44,493 bases of DNA from IMG/VR virus record IMGVR_UViG_3300031945_000008, positions 1-44,493 of that record; one strand, given 5' to 3'. Below, in pieces: positions 28,135 to 36,677 of this stretch. The stretch is from a virus (lineage: Duplodnaviria > Caudoviricetes). The notes beneath the pieces are model-generated. The model was given only the letters and a program-made list of their open reading frames with translations. It was not told the DNA's origin and did not search any database. Positions within the stretch are counted from its first letter, which is position 1. Each line of letters starts with the position of its first letter. The translations under genes and the position numbers were made by a program.

Positions 28135-29434
28135 TCTCTCGTCCAAAGTTGTCTGCTTCGTCGACAACGGACTCTTCGTAAGCTTCGCCCGTAGCGTTGC
28201 TCCTGCGTTTGCGAAGGCTTACTATTACTCTCCTTGGCAGGGTGCTTTTCCAAAAAATAACCAAACTAGACTTGGAGAAGGATTCAGTGAACTCGAACGG
28301 GTTCGTTATCCCCTTCTCATCGCAAACGAAATAGATTTGTGGATAGTAACGGATATCTTTTTTGCTGACTTCCAACTGTTCCTTGAGGAACGCGGGGCTA
28401 GGGTATGGGGTCCACGTCTTGGTGAGGAACTTGAAACAGAGCGGAGAGACTTCTACGATTACTGTAAACGTAACTCTATCACAGTTCCAAAAACCGAGTT
28501 TATCACCGGCGTCGAGAACCTCAGAAAGTACCTTACCGGCAAGAAGCGATTGTGGGTCAAGCTCGTCCATGGTTATGAGCGCGGAAATATGGAGTCGTGG
28601 ATATGGAAGGACGAGCACATTTCATCGACGAGGTTAGATCAGGTGGTGTATGACCTTGGAGCGTTTGGACCAACGACGGATTTCGCGGTGCAGGATGAGG
28701 TGAAGGACCCGGTTGAATTAGCGGAGGACATGTACTGTGTGGACGATCAGTTTCCTCAAACCGTTATGCATGGACTTGAGATTAAAGGTCTTGGACTCAT
28801 TGGAAAGGTGAAGCCGTACTCAGATTTACCCAAACCTCTCAGAGATGTGAACGCGAAGCTTGCACCCATTATGAAGAAGGATAGGTTTAGGGGGATGTTC
28901 TCGTTGGAAGGTCTCTATACGAAGGATCATAAGTATTACGTCACCGATCCTTGTTGCCGCCTTGGGTCCCCTAGCAATGAACTTCTTCAAGTTATTTTCA
29001 AAAACTGGGCTGAGATTTTCTGGGAAGGTGCGGAGGGGAGATTGGTGGAACCGATTCCGACGGCGAAGTATGGGTTCATTGTAATGGTTTCAAATGAGCA
29101 GTCTGACAAGATTTGGCAACCGCTCGAGTACCCGAAGGAGATTGATAAGTGGGTAACGTTGCGGTTCCCTTACGCTTTGAATGGTCAACGATTCGCAGTA
29201 CCTCAGGGTGCTTTGACAAATCTCGCAGGAGTTGTTGGAATTGGGGACACTCTGTTAGCGGCAGCGACAGCCTGTGCCGATCACGTGCACCAAGTAGACG
29301 GACACTTACTTGAGATTGCTTTGGACGCGATGAATAAGTCCCTGAACGCGATTGCACAGTTGGAGGATTACGGGATTAAGTTCACTGAGGACCCTCTTCC
29401 GACGGTGGATGAGATGGAGGAGTTGTCGAAATGA
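28124..29434 (+). CDS. PurD (GAR synthetase)-like ATP-grasp ligase, divergent
   Basis: VWGP...ELETER...ITVPKTEF, LWVK, FAVQDEV, FRGMFSLE, YVTDPCCRLGSP follow the order of the PurD motifs (IFGP..LE.SK, VVKA, VIEE, Y.G.LY, VIEFNARFGDP). Confidence 0.75.
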   Translation: MVTDLSSKVVCFVDNGLFVSFARSVAPAFAKAYYYSPWQGAFPKNNQTRLGEGFSELERVRYPLLIANEIDLWIVTDIFFADFQLFLEERGARVWGPRLGEELETERRDFYDYCKRNSITVPKTEFITGVENLRKYLTGKKRLWVKLVHGYERGNMESWIWKDEHISSTRLDQVVYDLGAFGPTTDFAVQDEVKDPVELAEDMYCVDDQFPQTVMHGLEIKGLGLIGKVKPYSDLPKPLRDVNAKLAPIMKKDRFRGMFSLEGLYTKDHKYYVTDPCCRLGSPSNELLQVIFKNWAEIFWEGAEGRLVEPIPTAKYGFIVMVSNEQSDKIWQPLEYPKEIDKWVTLRFPYALNGQRFAVPQGALTNLAGVVGIGDTLLAAATACADHVHQVDGHLLEIALDAMNKSLNAIAQLEDYGIKFTEDPLPTVDEMEELSK

Positions 29435-30662
29435 ACTTTACGAGGTCGTTGTCGCTGTAGCGTTTCATTGAATCGGGCGTACCGATGATGTCACCAAAGA
29501 CTCCGTTGCGGGAAACGGTCCGTTGGGCAAGACGACCGACTCCGATTAAGTGGCTGATAGTATCGCGGAGTTCACTGAGCGACGTCGCTTGATCGAAGAA
29601 CAGAGCTTCGAGCTTTTTGCGTGGAAATGGGCGGTCGTAGGCTTCGAGCATACGGAGGATTTTCACAGCCGCTTCCGCGTTCGGATTGATTCCAGCACCC
29701 TCGAACACTCTCTCAAGGTTCTTTTCAAACGGAAGGAGGAAGTGGTTTTCGACGAAGTCTAGGTGCTGTTTCGTTATGATACAGTTTTCCAGGTCCTCGG
29801 AAAGTGACGTCAGCATCGCCGTCTTAAATAGGATTTCGTGCTTGGTGCTGTAGTATCCTATGGTCGCGGGAGTGGAGACCTCGGTTAGGTTGGTGCTCAG
29901 CTTTATGTACCAACTCTCGTACCACTTAGCCGCCTCGTCGTTCATAAAGAACTCACCCGCGAAGGACTGCATTTTCTTTCCCCATACAATACATCGTTGT
30001 TCGGCTTCGAGCTGTTCTTTAGAAAAACCCGGCCACGGGATTGGAGTACCACGGGTTCCGTAAACAAAGACCGTTCGACGGGCGAAGCCGCCTGTGAGGA
30101 TGTTCATCTTTAGAAAACCCTTGAGCATCTCAGGAGTGAGACAAGCAAGCAGAGTAATGTAAGGACCGACAACCAAATCAGAACCCTGCCCTTTCGTGTC
30201 GCAGTCGTATACCTTTTCGGTGTACACAGTTGTAAGGAAGTCCAACATACCAACAGGATTAACACTAATAAACTGGGTAAGCTCGGTGGCAAAGATGGCA
30301 TATTGGTTATATTCCTCTAGGCGGTTCTGGTATGAGAAGTGTCGTTTACCGGCGAACTTTTCCTGTGACATGGCCTTGGCTATAAATTCTTTCGTCGCTG
30401 CCGCAGCAGCAATAGGACAGCAGTTGACTGCACGGATAACGTCCTTTGCTCGGTCGAGAGCAGAGGATTTCTTGACACCCGGTGCACCAACAAGGACGAC
30501 GTATAGGTTGGGGTAATAGGTTATTGGACCTAGCCGAAACCAAAACCTCCGTCCAGCAAGAACAGATAACGACGATAAGCAACACCACTTGTGGTAGTCG
30601 ACCGGAGATTCTGTGTTGGAGGTGAGAAGGAGATAGTCGGATATGAAGCTCACATGACACAA
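29382..30662 (-). CDS. DUF3987/YfjI-type P-loop helicase (no primase domain visible)
   Basis: TESP..YH.W..LS.LS, YPNLYVVLVGAPGVKKSSA (Walker A), IFATEL (Walker B), GGFARR. Confidence 0.8.
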   Translation of the reverse strand: MCHVSFISDYLLLTSNTESPVDYHKWCCLSSLSVLAGRRFWFRLGPITYYPNLYVVLVGAPGVKKSSALDRAKDVIRAVNCCPIAAAAATKEFIAKAMSQEKFAGKRHFSYQNRLEEYNQYAIFATELTQFISVNPVGMLDFLTTVYTEKVYDCDTKGQGSDLVVGPYITLLACLTPEMLKGFLKMNILTGGFARRTVFVYGTRGTPIPWPGFSKEQLEAEQRCIVWGKKMQSFAGEFFMNDEAAKWYESWYIKLSTNLTEVSTPATIGYYSTKHEILFKTAMLTSLSEDLENCIITKQHLDFVENHFLLPFEKNLERVFEGAGINPNAEAAVKILRMLEAYDRPFPRKKLEALFFDQATSLSELRDTISHLIGVGRLAQRTVSRNGVFGDIIGTPDSMKRYSDNDLVKFISTTPPSHPPSEEGPQ

Positions 30663-31471
30663 AGAAATGATGGGTTAAATGGAATACCGTCAGCGGTAAG
30701 GTTGAGGTAGCGAATTTTGACTAAGCGACCAGTAGGAGGGTGAGCCATGAACTCAACTCGTTCTTCGTCGGTGAAGCCGGTGCCGACCTTAAAGGTAAGC
30801 CCACCCACTCCACAGCTCAACGCACCAATTCCTATGTCGGCCTTGCCTTCACCCTGAGTGACACCAACGCATAGGAACTCTCCATCTTCCCAATGCTTGT
30901 ACTTCCACAAGTTCCTCGATCGGAACTGCGTTGCGGTACCGTTGCGACCGATATGCTCACCAAACTCATAAAACCCGTCTGGCCGGAGCATAATACCTTC
31001 ATATCCAGTGGCGGTGTAGAGGTTGAAACTCTGGTCTAACGCGTTTCTATCATAGGCGTAGTTCGTTGGAACGGCTTTAACGTGTGGCAGTCCAGCCGCG
31101 ACGAGACCGTTATACACCTCAAACCACCGATCGGAGAACGTGCGTTTCGGGTCGACGACGTCGAAAACGTAGAAACAAACCTGCGGGGTTTTTGGCGTCA
31201 CCTCCAATCTATTCACTGCGATCGCGGAGTTGATGTCTTGAAGACGCCAACCGTGGACGTAGAGTTCACCGTCGAGGATGAGGTCACCGAGGTCTATTCC
31301 GTGCAACTCGTTGGTTAGATGTCTAAGAACCTCTTCCCTCCAGAACTTCTCGTCTCTTGACTGAAACACCCCTTTTTGGTATAGTGCCCTCACCCCATTA
31401 AGTTTAGGCTGCACATAACACGGATACGACTTATACTTCGGACCTAACGTCCTTGCTAGCATTGGTTTCAT
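30650..31471 (-). CDS. lig: ATP-dependent DNA ligase (minimal, 273 aa)
   Basis: KPMLA, QPKLNGVR (motif I), LDGELY, FDVV, YEGIMLR, WKYK, KVGTGF; start moved to the ATG at 31471 that overlaps the pol stop. Confidence 0.92.
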   Translation of the reverse strand: MKPMLARTLGPKYKSYPCYVQPKLNGVRALYQKGVFQSRDEKFWREEVLRHLTNELHGIDLGDLILDGELYVHGWRLQDINSAIAVNRLEVTPKTPQVCFYVFDVVDPKRTFSDRWFEVYNGLVAAGLPHVKAVPTNYAYDRNALDQSFNLYTATGYEGIMLRPDGFYEFGEHIGRNGTATQFRSRNLWKYKHWEDGEFLCVGVTQGEGKADIGIGALSCGVGGLTFKVGTGFTDEERVEFMAHPPTGRLVKIRYLNLTADGIPFNPSFLCVM

Positions 31472-33924
31472 ATTGTTCCCTCCGTCAACTCTCCCCAGCT
31501 CCTGCCATACTTTCCTTCTTGTGGTATTATCACGGTTGTTCCTGCGATCTGTATTGGGTTGTTGAACCATCTCCGTATATTTTCGATGGACCAATCACGA
31601 TCAGATTTGGCAAACTGTCCGATAAGAGCATCGTGCACTTGGTGCAACGGTTCGACTCGAAGTCTTGTTCTACCTTCCCTTTGAACTCTATTTTCTGGAT
31701 CAGTCCACATCCTGTGCAGCGCCAAGTTAGTGACATATGTTGTGTTTGCTTGAGGTTCGTGAGCTAGAAATTCTTTCCACGTTTCGTGGTCCGCCGAGAC
31801 TTGACGCGCTTTCGGGTCGAATGACTTTCTGCGGCCAAAGAAAGTGCGCGTATGGCCTGATGCAGACGTGAGATTACGGCCCTCAAATACTTCGCGCTTC
31901 GCCCACTGATGCCACTGGTATAAGCCAGCGTAACGGATAAAGTAGAGCCGCTGTAACGCGGCACAAGTCTTAGCATCAACGTACACGGCACTCCCTGTAA
32001 CCTTGTACGAATCAACCATGATTTGGTTTGATACAGTTGCTTCTTGGACACCGTAGTTCGTTGCGTGCTGAATCCGTTTACAGGCGAAGTAAAGCCAACC
32101 GTCGTCGTCGACGGCCTTGCAGCGGTCCGACAATTCTTGTCGGGAACATTTGGTAATTTCGTGGCCGTGCTCATACATTAATGCAACGATTCGGGCAGGT
32201 TTAAGTCCGAAGATATAGTCGTCCCACATGGTTGAGTCTCCGTGGTGAAGGCAATGAGCAGCGACCGTCCATCCATCAGCACCACTAAGGTCGCATTGAA
32301 ACATCCAGTGGTCATCATCTGCCAGATAAAGTTTACGCAGCTTCTTAGTGATAGTCTGCAGGTTCGCACCCGAACCCGTTGGGCTCGTGTAACAAGTAAG
32401 TCTCCCAGTCTCTGTGCCGACAAGATTGTACCCGCATCGCACGCGACCGTCAGGATCGGTTTCAATTTCCAACGTTTCTGCAAGGCTTTCAAGTCTTCGG
32501 TGAAGCAACACATCGGATAGGAATGGGTCATGTGGAAATTTCTTTTTGAGTTTTAACAATGCGTCGACATCTGTCGTAACTTTCTTTCCAGGTCCCCGAC
32601 CTTTATACATCTCCGGGTAACCCTTCTGCGTGTAAAGAACTTTCTTGAGTTTGGTTGCCGAGATGCTGCCCTTAGCACCCAACATGCTAAGTCCAGCACT
32701 AAGCTGGAGACGAGAACTGGACTCTGACATCGCACACTTAACGTTAGCAAGCTCATCTTTGGCGAGTACAGAGTCGTAGCGTATGCCTCGAAGTTCCATA
32801 TATAATAAGGGTGATAGGAGTGACACGTTAAAGTTATAGTGCCTAGCCCCTTCACCTCTAATCGCTGCGTCCTGTGCGGTACATGCTTCGATCGTGACAC
32901 ACGCGTCTCGGGCGCAGTAACGTTGGAGTGTTTCGGAGTCATCGACTTTACGTTCGAATTTATAGTATGGTTCTCTTGTCCAAATGGACGCCTGTGTTGC
33001 TAACCCCTTGGGAAGTTCGGGATATACTTCCCACGACTTAAGCATAGTATCCTCCACCACGTTTCGAATAAGCATATGATAACCATAAGCTAGGACGAAC
33101 CTATCGTAAAGGGAGTTTTGTAACACTTTTGGGACATCAGCACGGTAAAGGACTCTTGAGAGACTTCTATATATCCGTCCTTGACTCTCCTCCGAGTACT
33201 TTGACCAAGCAATGGTGAAACCGTAACCACTCTCCCTTGAGCACGCGCAGCAAGGAAATGCGTCAAGTCCCCCTTCAATGTCGAAGGAGAGCAGTACTCC
33301 AGCAGGCCAGGTATCGAGACGGACACAGATGTCATCGGCGGTTAGGTTGATATCGAGGGTGCGTTGTGGTAGGCTGATGCTGGAAACTTCCGCTTCCTTA
33401 CGGGCACGTAAGGCGTCAAATCGTAATAACACCCACTGCTTGTACTCTCGTAGAACCGCGGCGGGGTGGATGGCGGGCACAACCTTACCATAATCTGTCG
33501 CAATGATACTTCCCCGCCACGAGGTAATTCCAGTTCGTGAAGTGAGGAACCTAAGGGGCGTATTTCCAAGGGCGAGTATTGCATTAGGTAGAAACGAATC
33601 CAGTTCATCTTTTAACTTCTCCCATCCTGCGAGGACTAGATGGTGGCCGAACCCCCAGTTCTCTATTTTGTTGTCAGGTGGACGAAAGCGACATATATTA
33701 CCCACGAGACAAGCACTGCGTAAAATACCAACAGAAGAAAGTATGCTGTCAAGCAGCCGACCGGAGGCCCCCACGAACGGACGTCCATAAGCTTCTTCCT
33801 CCACCCCGGGCGCTTCACCGATAATGGCGAGGCGGTAGGAGACCTCGGTGGTGGGGAATTCGGTCGGAACCTCCTTGGTAGGTAGAAGGGATAGAACCGA
33901 CGTTTCTGAGAGTGGGTCGTCCAT
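31468..33924 (-). CDS. polA: Family A DNA polymerase with an N-terminal family-4 UDG-like domain and 3'-5' exonuclease
   Basis: UDG: GEAPGVEE..GRPFVG.SG, N, HPAAVLR; Exo: FDIE, NSLYD, YCARD; Pol: TETGRL, NLQ, DLSGAD, KRIQHATNYG, VHDA. Confidence 0.93.
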   Translation of the reverse strand: MDDPLSETSVLSLLPTKEVPTEFPTTEVSYRLAIIGEAPGVEEEAYGRPFVGASGRLLDSILSSVGILRSACLVGNICRFRPPDNKIENWGFGHHLVLAGWEKLKDELDSFLPNAILALGNTPLRFLTSRTGITSWRGSIIATDYGKVVPAIHPAAVLREYKQWVLLRFDALRARKEAEVSSISLPQRTLDINLTADDICVRLDTWPAGVLLSFDIEGGLDAFPCCACSRESGYGFTIAWSKYSEESQGRIYRSLSRVLYRADVPKVLQNSLYDRFVLAYGYHMLIRNVVEDTMLKSWEVYPELPKGLATQASIWTREPYYKFERKVDDSETLQRYCARDACVTIEACTAQDAAIRGEGARHYNFNVSLLSPLLYMELRGIRYDSVLAKDELANVKCAMSESSSRLQLSAGLSMLGAKGSISATKLKKVLYTQKGYPEMYKGRGPGKKVTTDVDALLKLKKKFPHDPFLSDVLLHRRLESLAETLEIETDPDGRVRCGYNLVGTETGRLTCYTSPTGSGANLQTITKKLRKLYLADDDHWMFQCDLSGADGWTVAAHCLHHGDSTMWDDYIFGLKPARIVALMYEHGHEITKCSRQELSDRCKAVDDDGWLYFACKRIQHATNYGVQEATVSNQIMVDSYKVTGSAVYVDAKTCAALQRLYFIRYAGLYQWHQWAKREVFEGRNLTSASGHTRTFFGRRKSFDPKARQVSADHETWKEFLAHEPQANTTYVTNLALHRMWTDPENRVQREGRTRLRVEPLHQVHDALIGQFAKSDRDWSIENIRRWFNNPIQIAGTTVIIPQEGKYGRSWGELTEGTI

Positions 33925-33925
33925 T

Positions 33926-34162
33926 TCATTGAGGGATTACAGATTTCATTGCGTAGCGCCGTTGGATTTGGCGAATGACCGCGGAGCGGCCGGTGTCGTC
34001 AAGATCATAGAAGTCAACCTCCTCGGCTTCGGAGTTTTGGTTGTTACGATACCGATGGATTCCAGCGATTCGTAGACATTTCGTTCCGACCTCGGTGAGC
34101 CAGATAATGTAGGAATCACCTTCATACATTAGAGGTAGTCCGGGTAGAGTGCGGCGGCTCAT
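33926..34162 (-). CDS. Hypothetical protein (78 aa)
   Basis: Coupled in the operon, 1 nt from the pol start. Confidence 0.7.
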   Translation of the reverse strand: MSRRTLPGLPLMYEGDSYIIWLTEVGTKCLRIAGIHRYRNNQNSEAEEVDFYDLDDTGRSAVIRQIQRRYAMKSVIPQ

Positions 34163-34257
34163 TTCTTATACACATATTTCCAGAAGCAGATGACGTCGAC
34201 GATAAGAACTAAAAGGATGAGAGTAGATACAACAAGGTGCGCGATTTCTAGTTTCAT
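34159..34257 (-). CDS. Small single-TM peptide (32 aa; not in ORF track)
   Basis: MKLEIAHLVVSTLILLVLIVDVICFWKYVYKK; ATGA overlaps at both ends fill the gap exactly. Confidence 0.65.
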   Translation of the reverse strand: MKLEIAHLVVSTLILLVLIVDVICFWKYVYKK

Positions 34258-35684
34258 ACAAACTCCACATTAGTTCCGTGGAGCAGTGCATACGCGGCCT
34301 TCACGTGTTCTAGTCCACGGTTAAAATGTCTCATGTTTATCTCTACTCCGAACGGAACAAGTCCGCAATTAATGGCCGCACGACAAGCAGACATCTCTCC
34401 ACAAAACGGGTCCAGAACCTTTTGGCCGGTAAAGGCAACGGCTGAGTAAATCCACTTCCAGAGTTCGAACGGCTTCGAAAAAGGGTTGTTGTACAGGCGA
34501 CGCTCCGCTGCGAAGTCTCCCATCCACACTGAAGAGGGTTGTTGGGAGCGGAGGACAGTTGACTCATCTCTACGTAGAACCATGATACTTTCATAATTTT
34601 TGGTGAAGTTGTATTGCGCGGCTGAGTTACGACAGGCGGAGGTTTTATACGCTATCAACGGCCAACGTTGAACTTTCCAACCGATCGCTTCCGCGGTTGC
34701 TTGAAGATACTCATGCCAGTCGAGGTCATAGAAGAACACACAGAACCCACCCGTATCGACCAACCGAAACGCCTCTTTCAGGAATGGTTCCATCTGCTCG
34801 ACGTTCTGTTCAACGTCGTGCTCGTGCTTCACGTCCTTTATGTTGACCATCGTATCTAGATTGTCCATGTCGATTCCGTAGGGGATGTCGGTAACGATAT
34901 GATCGACCGAACCATTAGGGAGTTTTGGCAACACCTCACGGAAGTCTCCGCACACAAACATCCGACTCAATGGAACCGTCGGTGCAACGGGAATCGAACC
35001 CGTGAGGGGTGGCATAGTCCGTCCATCCTTCGCGCCTGCTGCACCGTCGCCGGCAAGGTCGATCTTGAGAGTGTCAAGGAAACTTGTTAGTGACGTCCGA
35101 GATGGTGTCGCCCGTAACTGCATCTCGGCTAGCGCCGCGTCCTCTTTGCGCTTCACGACGAGTGCGATGGCGTCGGACATATTCTCACACCCGATGATTT
35201 CCTTATCCCCACGACGAATTAGTTTCGCCAACATGATTGCGTTGCCGACCACGGAGAGGCCGTAGCCTGGACCAAGAATCGTAGCGGTCTGTTTATACCC
35301 CCATTTCATGTCCACCTCCTTCTTCAAGTGGTGGATATCAGCGACCTGTAAAACTTCTTCGTGCCACTTCGTTCGAAGCGAATAAAGGTTCTCATCCAAC
35401 TCCGCTTCCTTACGTTGATGTTCCGGTACCTCATCCTCCCACACAAACCCTGGTCTTTCTGGATTCAACGTCGAGCCGTGAAATACTTTGGTAAAGCCAA
35501 GCTCCGTAAGGGCGCGAATCCTCCGTCCGCCCGCTACAAGCTCCGTCTTTTCCATAGATCGAGCTAATACTATGCAATGGATTAGACCGACGCGTTTGAT
35601 ACTGTCTTTGAGGCCGCTGAGGTCGCCGTATTCTTTACGGTAACGTTCACCGATATAGATGTTAGAGATGGGTAGTTCAATCAT
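34254..35684 (-). CDS. ParB/Srx-like domain fused to an N6A/N4C DNA methyltransferase (beta-class order)
   Basis: LKDSIKRVGLIHCIV...LVAGGRRIRA...ELDEN (ParB-N); IVTDIPYG, NPFSKP, VLDPFCG (MTase); start set at ATG 35684. Confidence 0.85.
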   Translation of the reverse strand: MIELPISNIYIGERYRKEYGDLSGLKDSIKRVGLIHCIVLARSMEKTELVAGGRRIRALTELGFTKVFHGSTLNPERPGFVWEDEVPEHQRKEAELDENLYSLRTKWHEEVLQVADIHHLKKEVDMKWGYKQTATILGPGYGLSVVGNAIMLAKLIRRGDKEIIGCENMSDAIALVVKRKEDAALAEMQLRATPSRTSLTSFLDTLKIDLAGDGAAGAKDGRTMPPLTGSIPVAPTVPLSRMFVCGDFREVLPKLPNGSVDHIVTDIPYGIDMDNLDTMVNIKDVKHEHDVEQNVEQMEPFLKEAFRLVDTGGFCVFFYDLDWHEYLQATAEAIGWKVQRWPLIAYKTSACRNSAAQYNFTKNYESIMVLRRDESTVLRSQQPSSVWMGDFAAERRLYNNPFSKPFELWKWIYSAVAFTGQKVLDPFCGEMSACRAAINCGLVPFGVEINMRHFNRGLEHVKAAYALLHGTNVEFV

Positions 35685-35922
35685 GGCGACGAAATTCAAA
35701 GACCATTAGGTCGGATTGAAGGATTTTGTGTCCGATAAGGCTGACCGGCTTCCAGGGACCGGGAGTTGGTTTACGAACCTTTCGAGGATGTTCTTCAGCG
35801 AACGACATTGAGTGTCCACACGAGAAGTAATATCCGGGACAGTCGAATCCATCACCGTTTAGGTCGATATGCCGGACCTCGTCCCCCTTTTGTCTTAAAT
35901 CACCTGCTTTTAGTTTTAACAT
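35677..35922 (-). CDS. Hypothetical protein (81 aa)
   Basis: ATG ORF overlapping the MTase start. Confidence 0.65.
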   Translation of the reverse strand: MLKLKAGDLRQKGDEVRHIDLNGDGFDCPGYYFSCGHSMSFAEEHPRKVRKPTPGPWKPVSLIGHKILQSDLMVFEFRRHD

Positions 35923-35970
35923 AATTACGACAGCGGGTTTTCTACGGCCGTCCTGTCAGCGCCGGAATTG

Positions 35971-36225
35971 TTACGTGTTAAGTACCGGACCTACGACTTG
36001 CTTGTCCATCTCGCGGTACGCTGCTGCGAGAGCAACGTTGACACCACGCTTCTGTTCACCGATCTTGTTTAGCTTCATCCGTATTTCCACCTCTTGAGTG
36101 GAGAGTGAGGACAGATATTGTCGGTTGAAGGCGATGATGTCGGCGAGTTCCTGGATACGCTCTTTGCGGACCGGAATCGAAGTCTCCTTTTTCGACTTCG
36201 GAGTCTTCTTTGGTTTCGACTTCAC
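35971..36225 (-). CDS. Hypothetical basic coiled-coil protein (84 aa)
   Basis: GTGA overlap with the upstream gene. Confidence 0.65.
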   Translation of the reverse strand: MKSKPKKTPKSKKETSIPVRKERIQELADIIAFNRQYLSSLSTQEVEIRMKLNKIGEQKRGVNVALAAAYREMDKQVVGPVLNT

Positions 36226-36677
36226 GTCGTCACTTTCCTTATCCGTCGCACCTTGTTGGAGCGAACCCCACTACCTTCTGGGTATTCGCTGATGTAGACG
36301 TTGGCAACGACTCTGCGTCCCAACGATCCCTCGACTACGGCACGGTTGAATATGGGACGTGTAGCTTTTACCGTCCCAAATATCGCGTCCATCGCGGCAG
36401 CGATGTTGCGTTTGAACCCTTCTGGGTCCGTGCTTGTGTCGGTTGGTTGTAGTGCGATGTTGTTGACAAAGAAGGTTGCAGACGACATCTCTCTACCATC
36501 TGTAGCCGTAACTGGATCAACGGTTTTCAACGTCAGGTTCCAGTTGTGGCCTGTACGTGCTTTGTTTGGTTCAACCGCCGAGGCTGTGATCTGACACTCA
36601 TAATCCCCATCACTGACGAGGGGCATAGTGGTGTCAACCCCTGCCATTGGGATTGAAACGTTTAATGGGTCTTCCAT
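36222..36677 (-). CDS. DUF669-like ssDNA-binding (OB-fold) protein
   Basis: LVSDGDYECQITASAVEPNK..G.NWNLTL...GRRVVANVYISEY...SNKV; follows the Sak4-like gene; start moved to 36677 (TAATG). Confidence 0.65.
   Translation of the reverse strand: MEDPLNVSIPMAGVDTTMPLVSDGDYECQITASAVEPNKARTGHNWNLTLKTVDPVTATDGREMSSATFFVNNIALQPTDTSTDPEGFKRNIAAAMDAIFGTVKATRPIFNRAVVEGSLGRRVVANVYISEYPEGSGVRSNKVRRIRKVTT

Noticed and set aside
28124-29434. Annotation as a true purD auxiliary metabolic gene
   Set aside because: PurD substrate-binding motifs are missing and there is no purine-pathway context
31472-31594. 41-aa N-terminal extension of the ligase in the ORF track (similar extensions at 36678-36854, 37478-37501, 38899-38955, 42837-42914 and 44345-44449)
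   Set aside because: These overlap upstream genes or the terminal repeat; internal ATGs give standard ATGA/TAATG coupling or better RBSs
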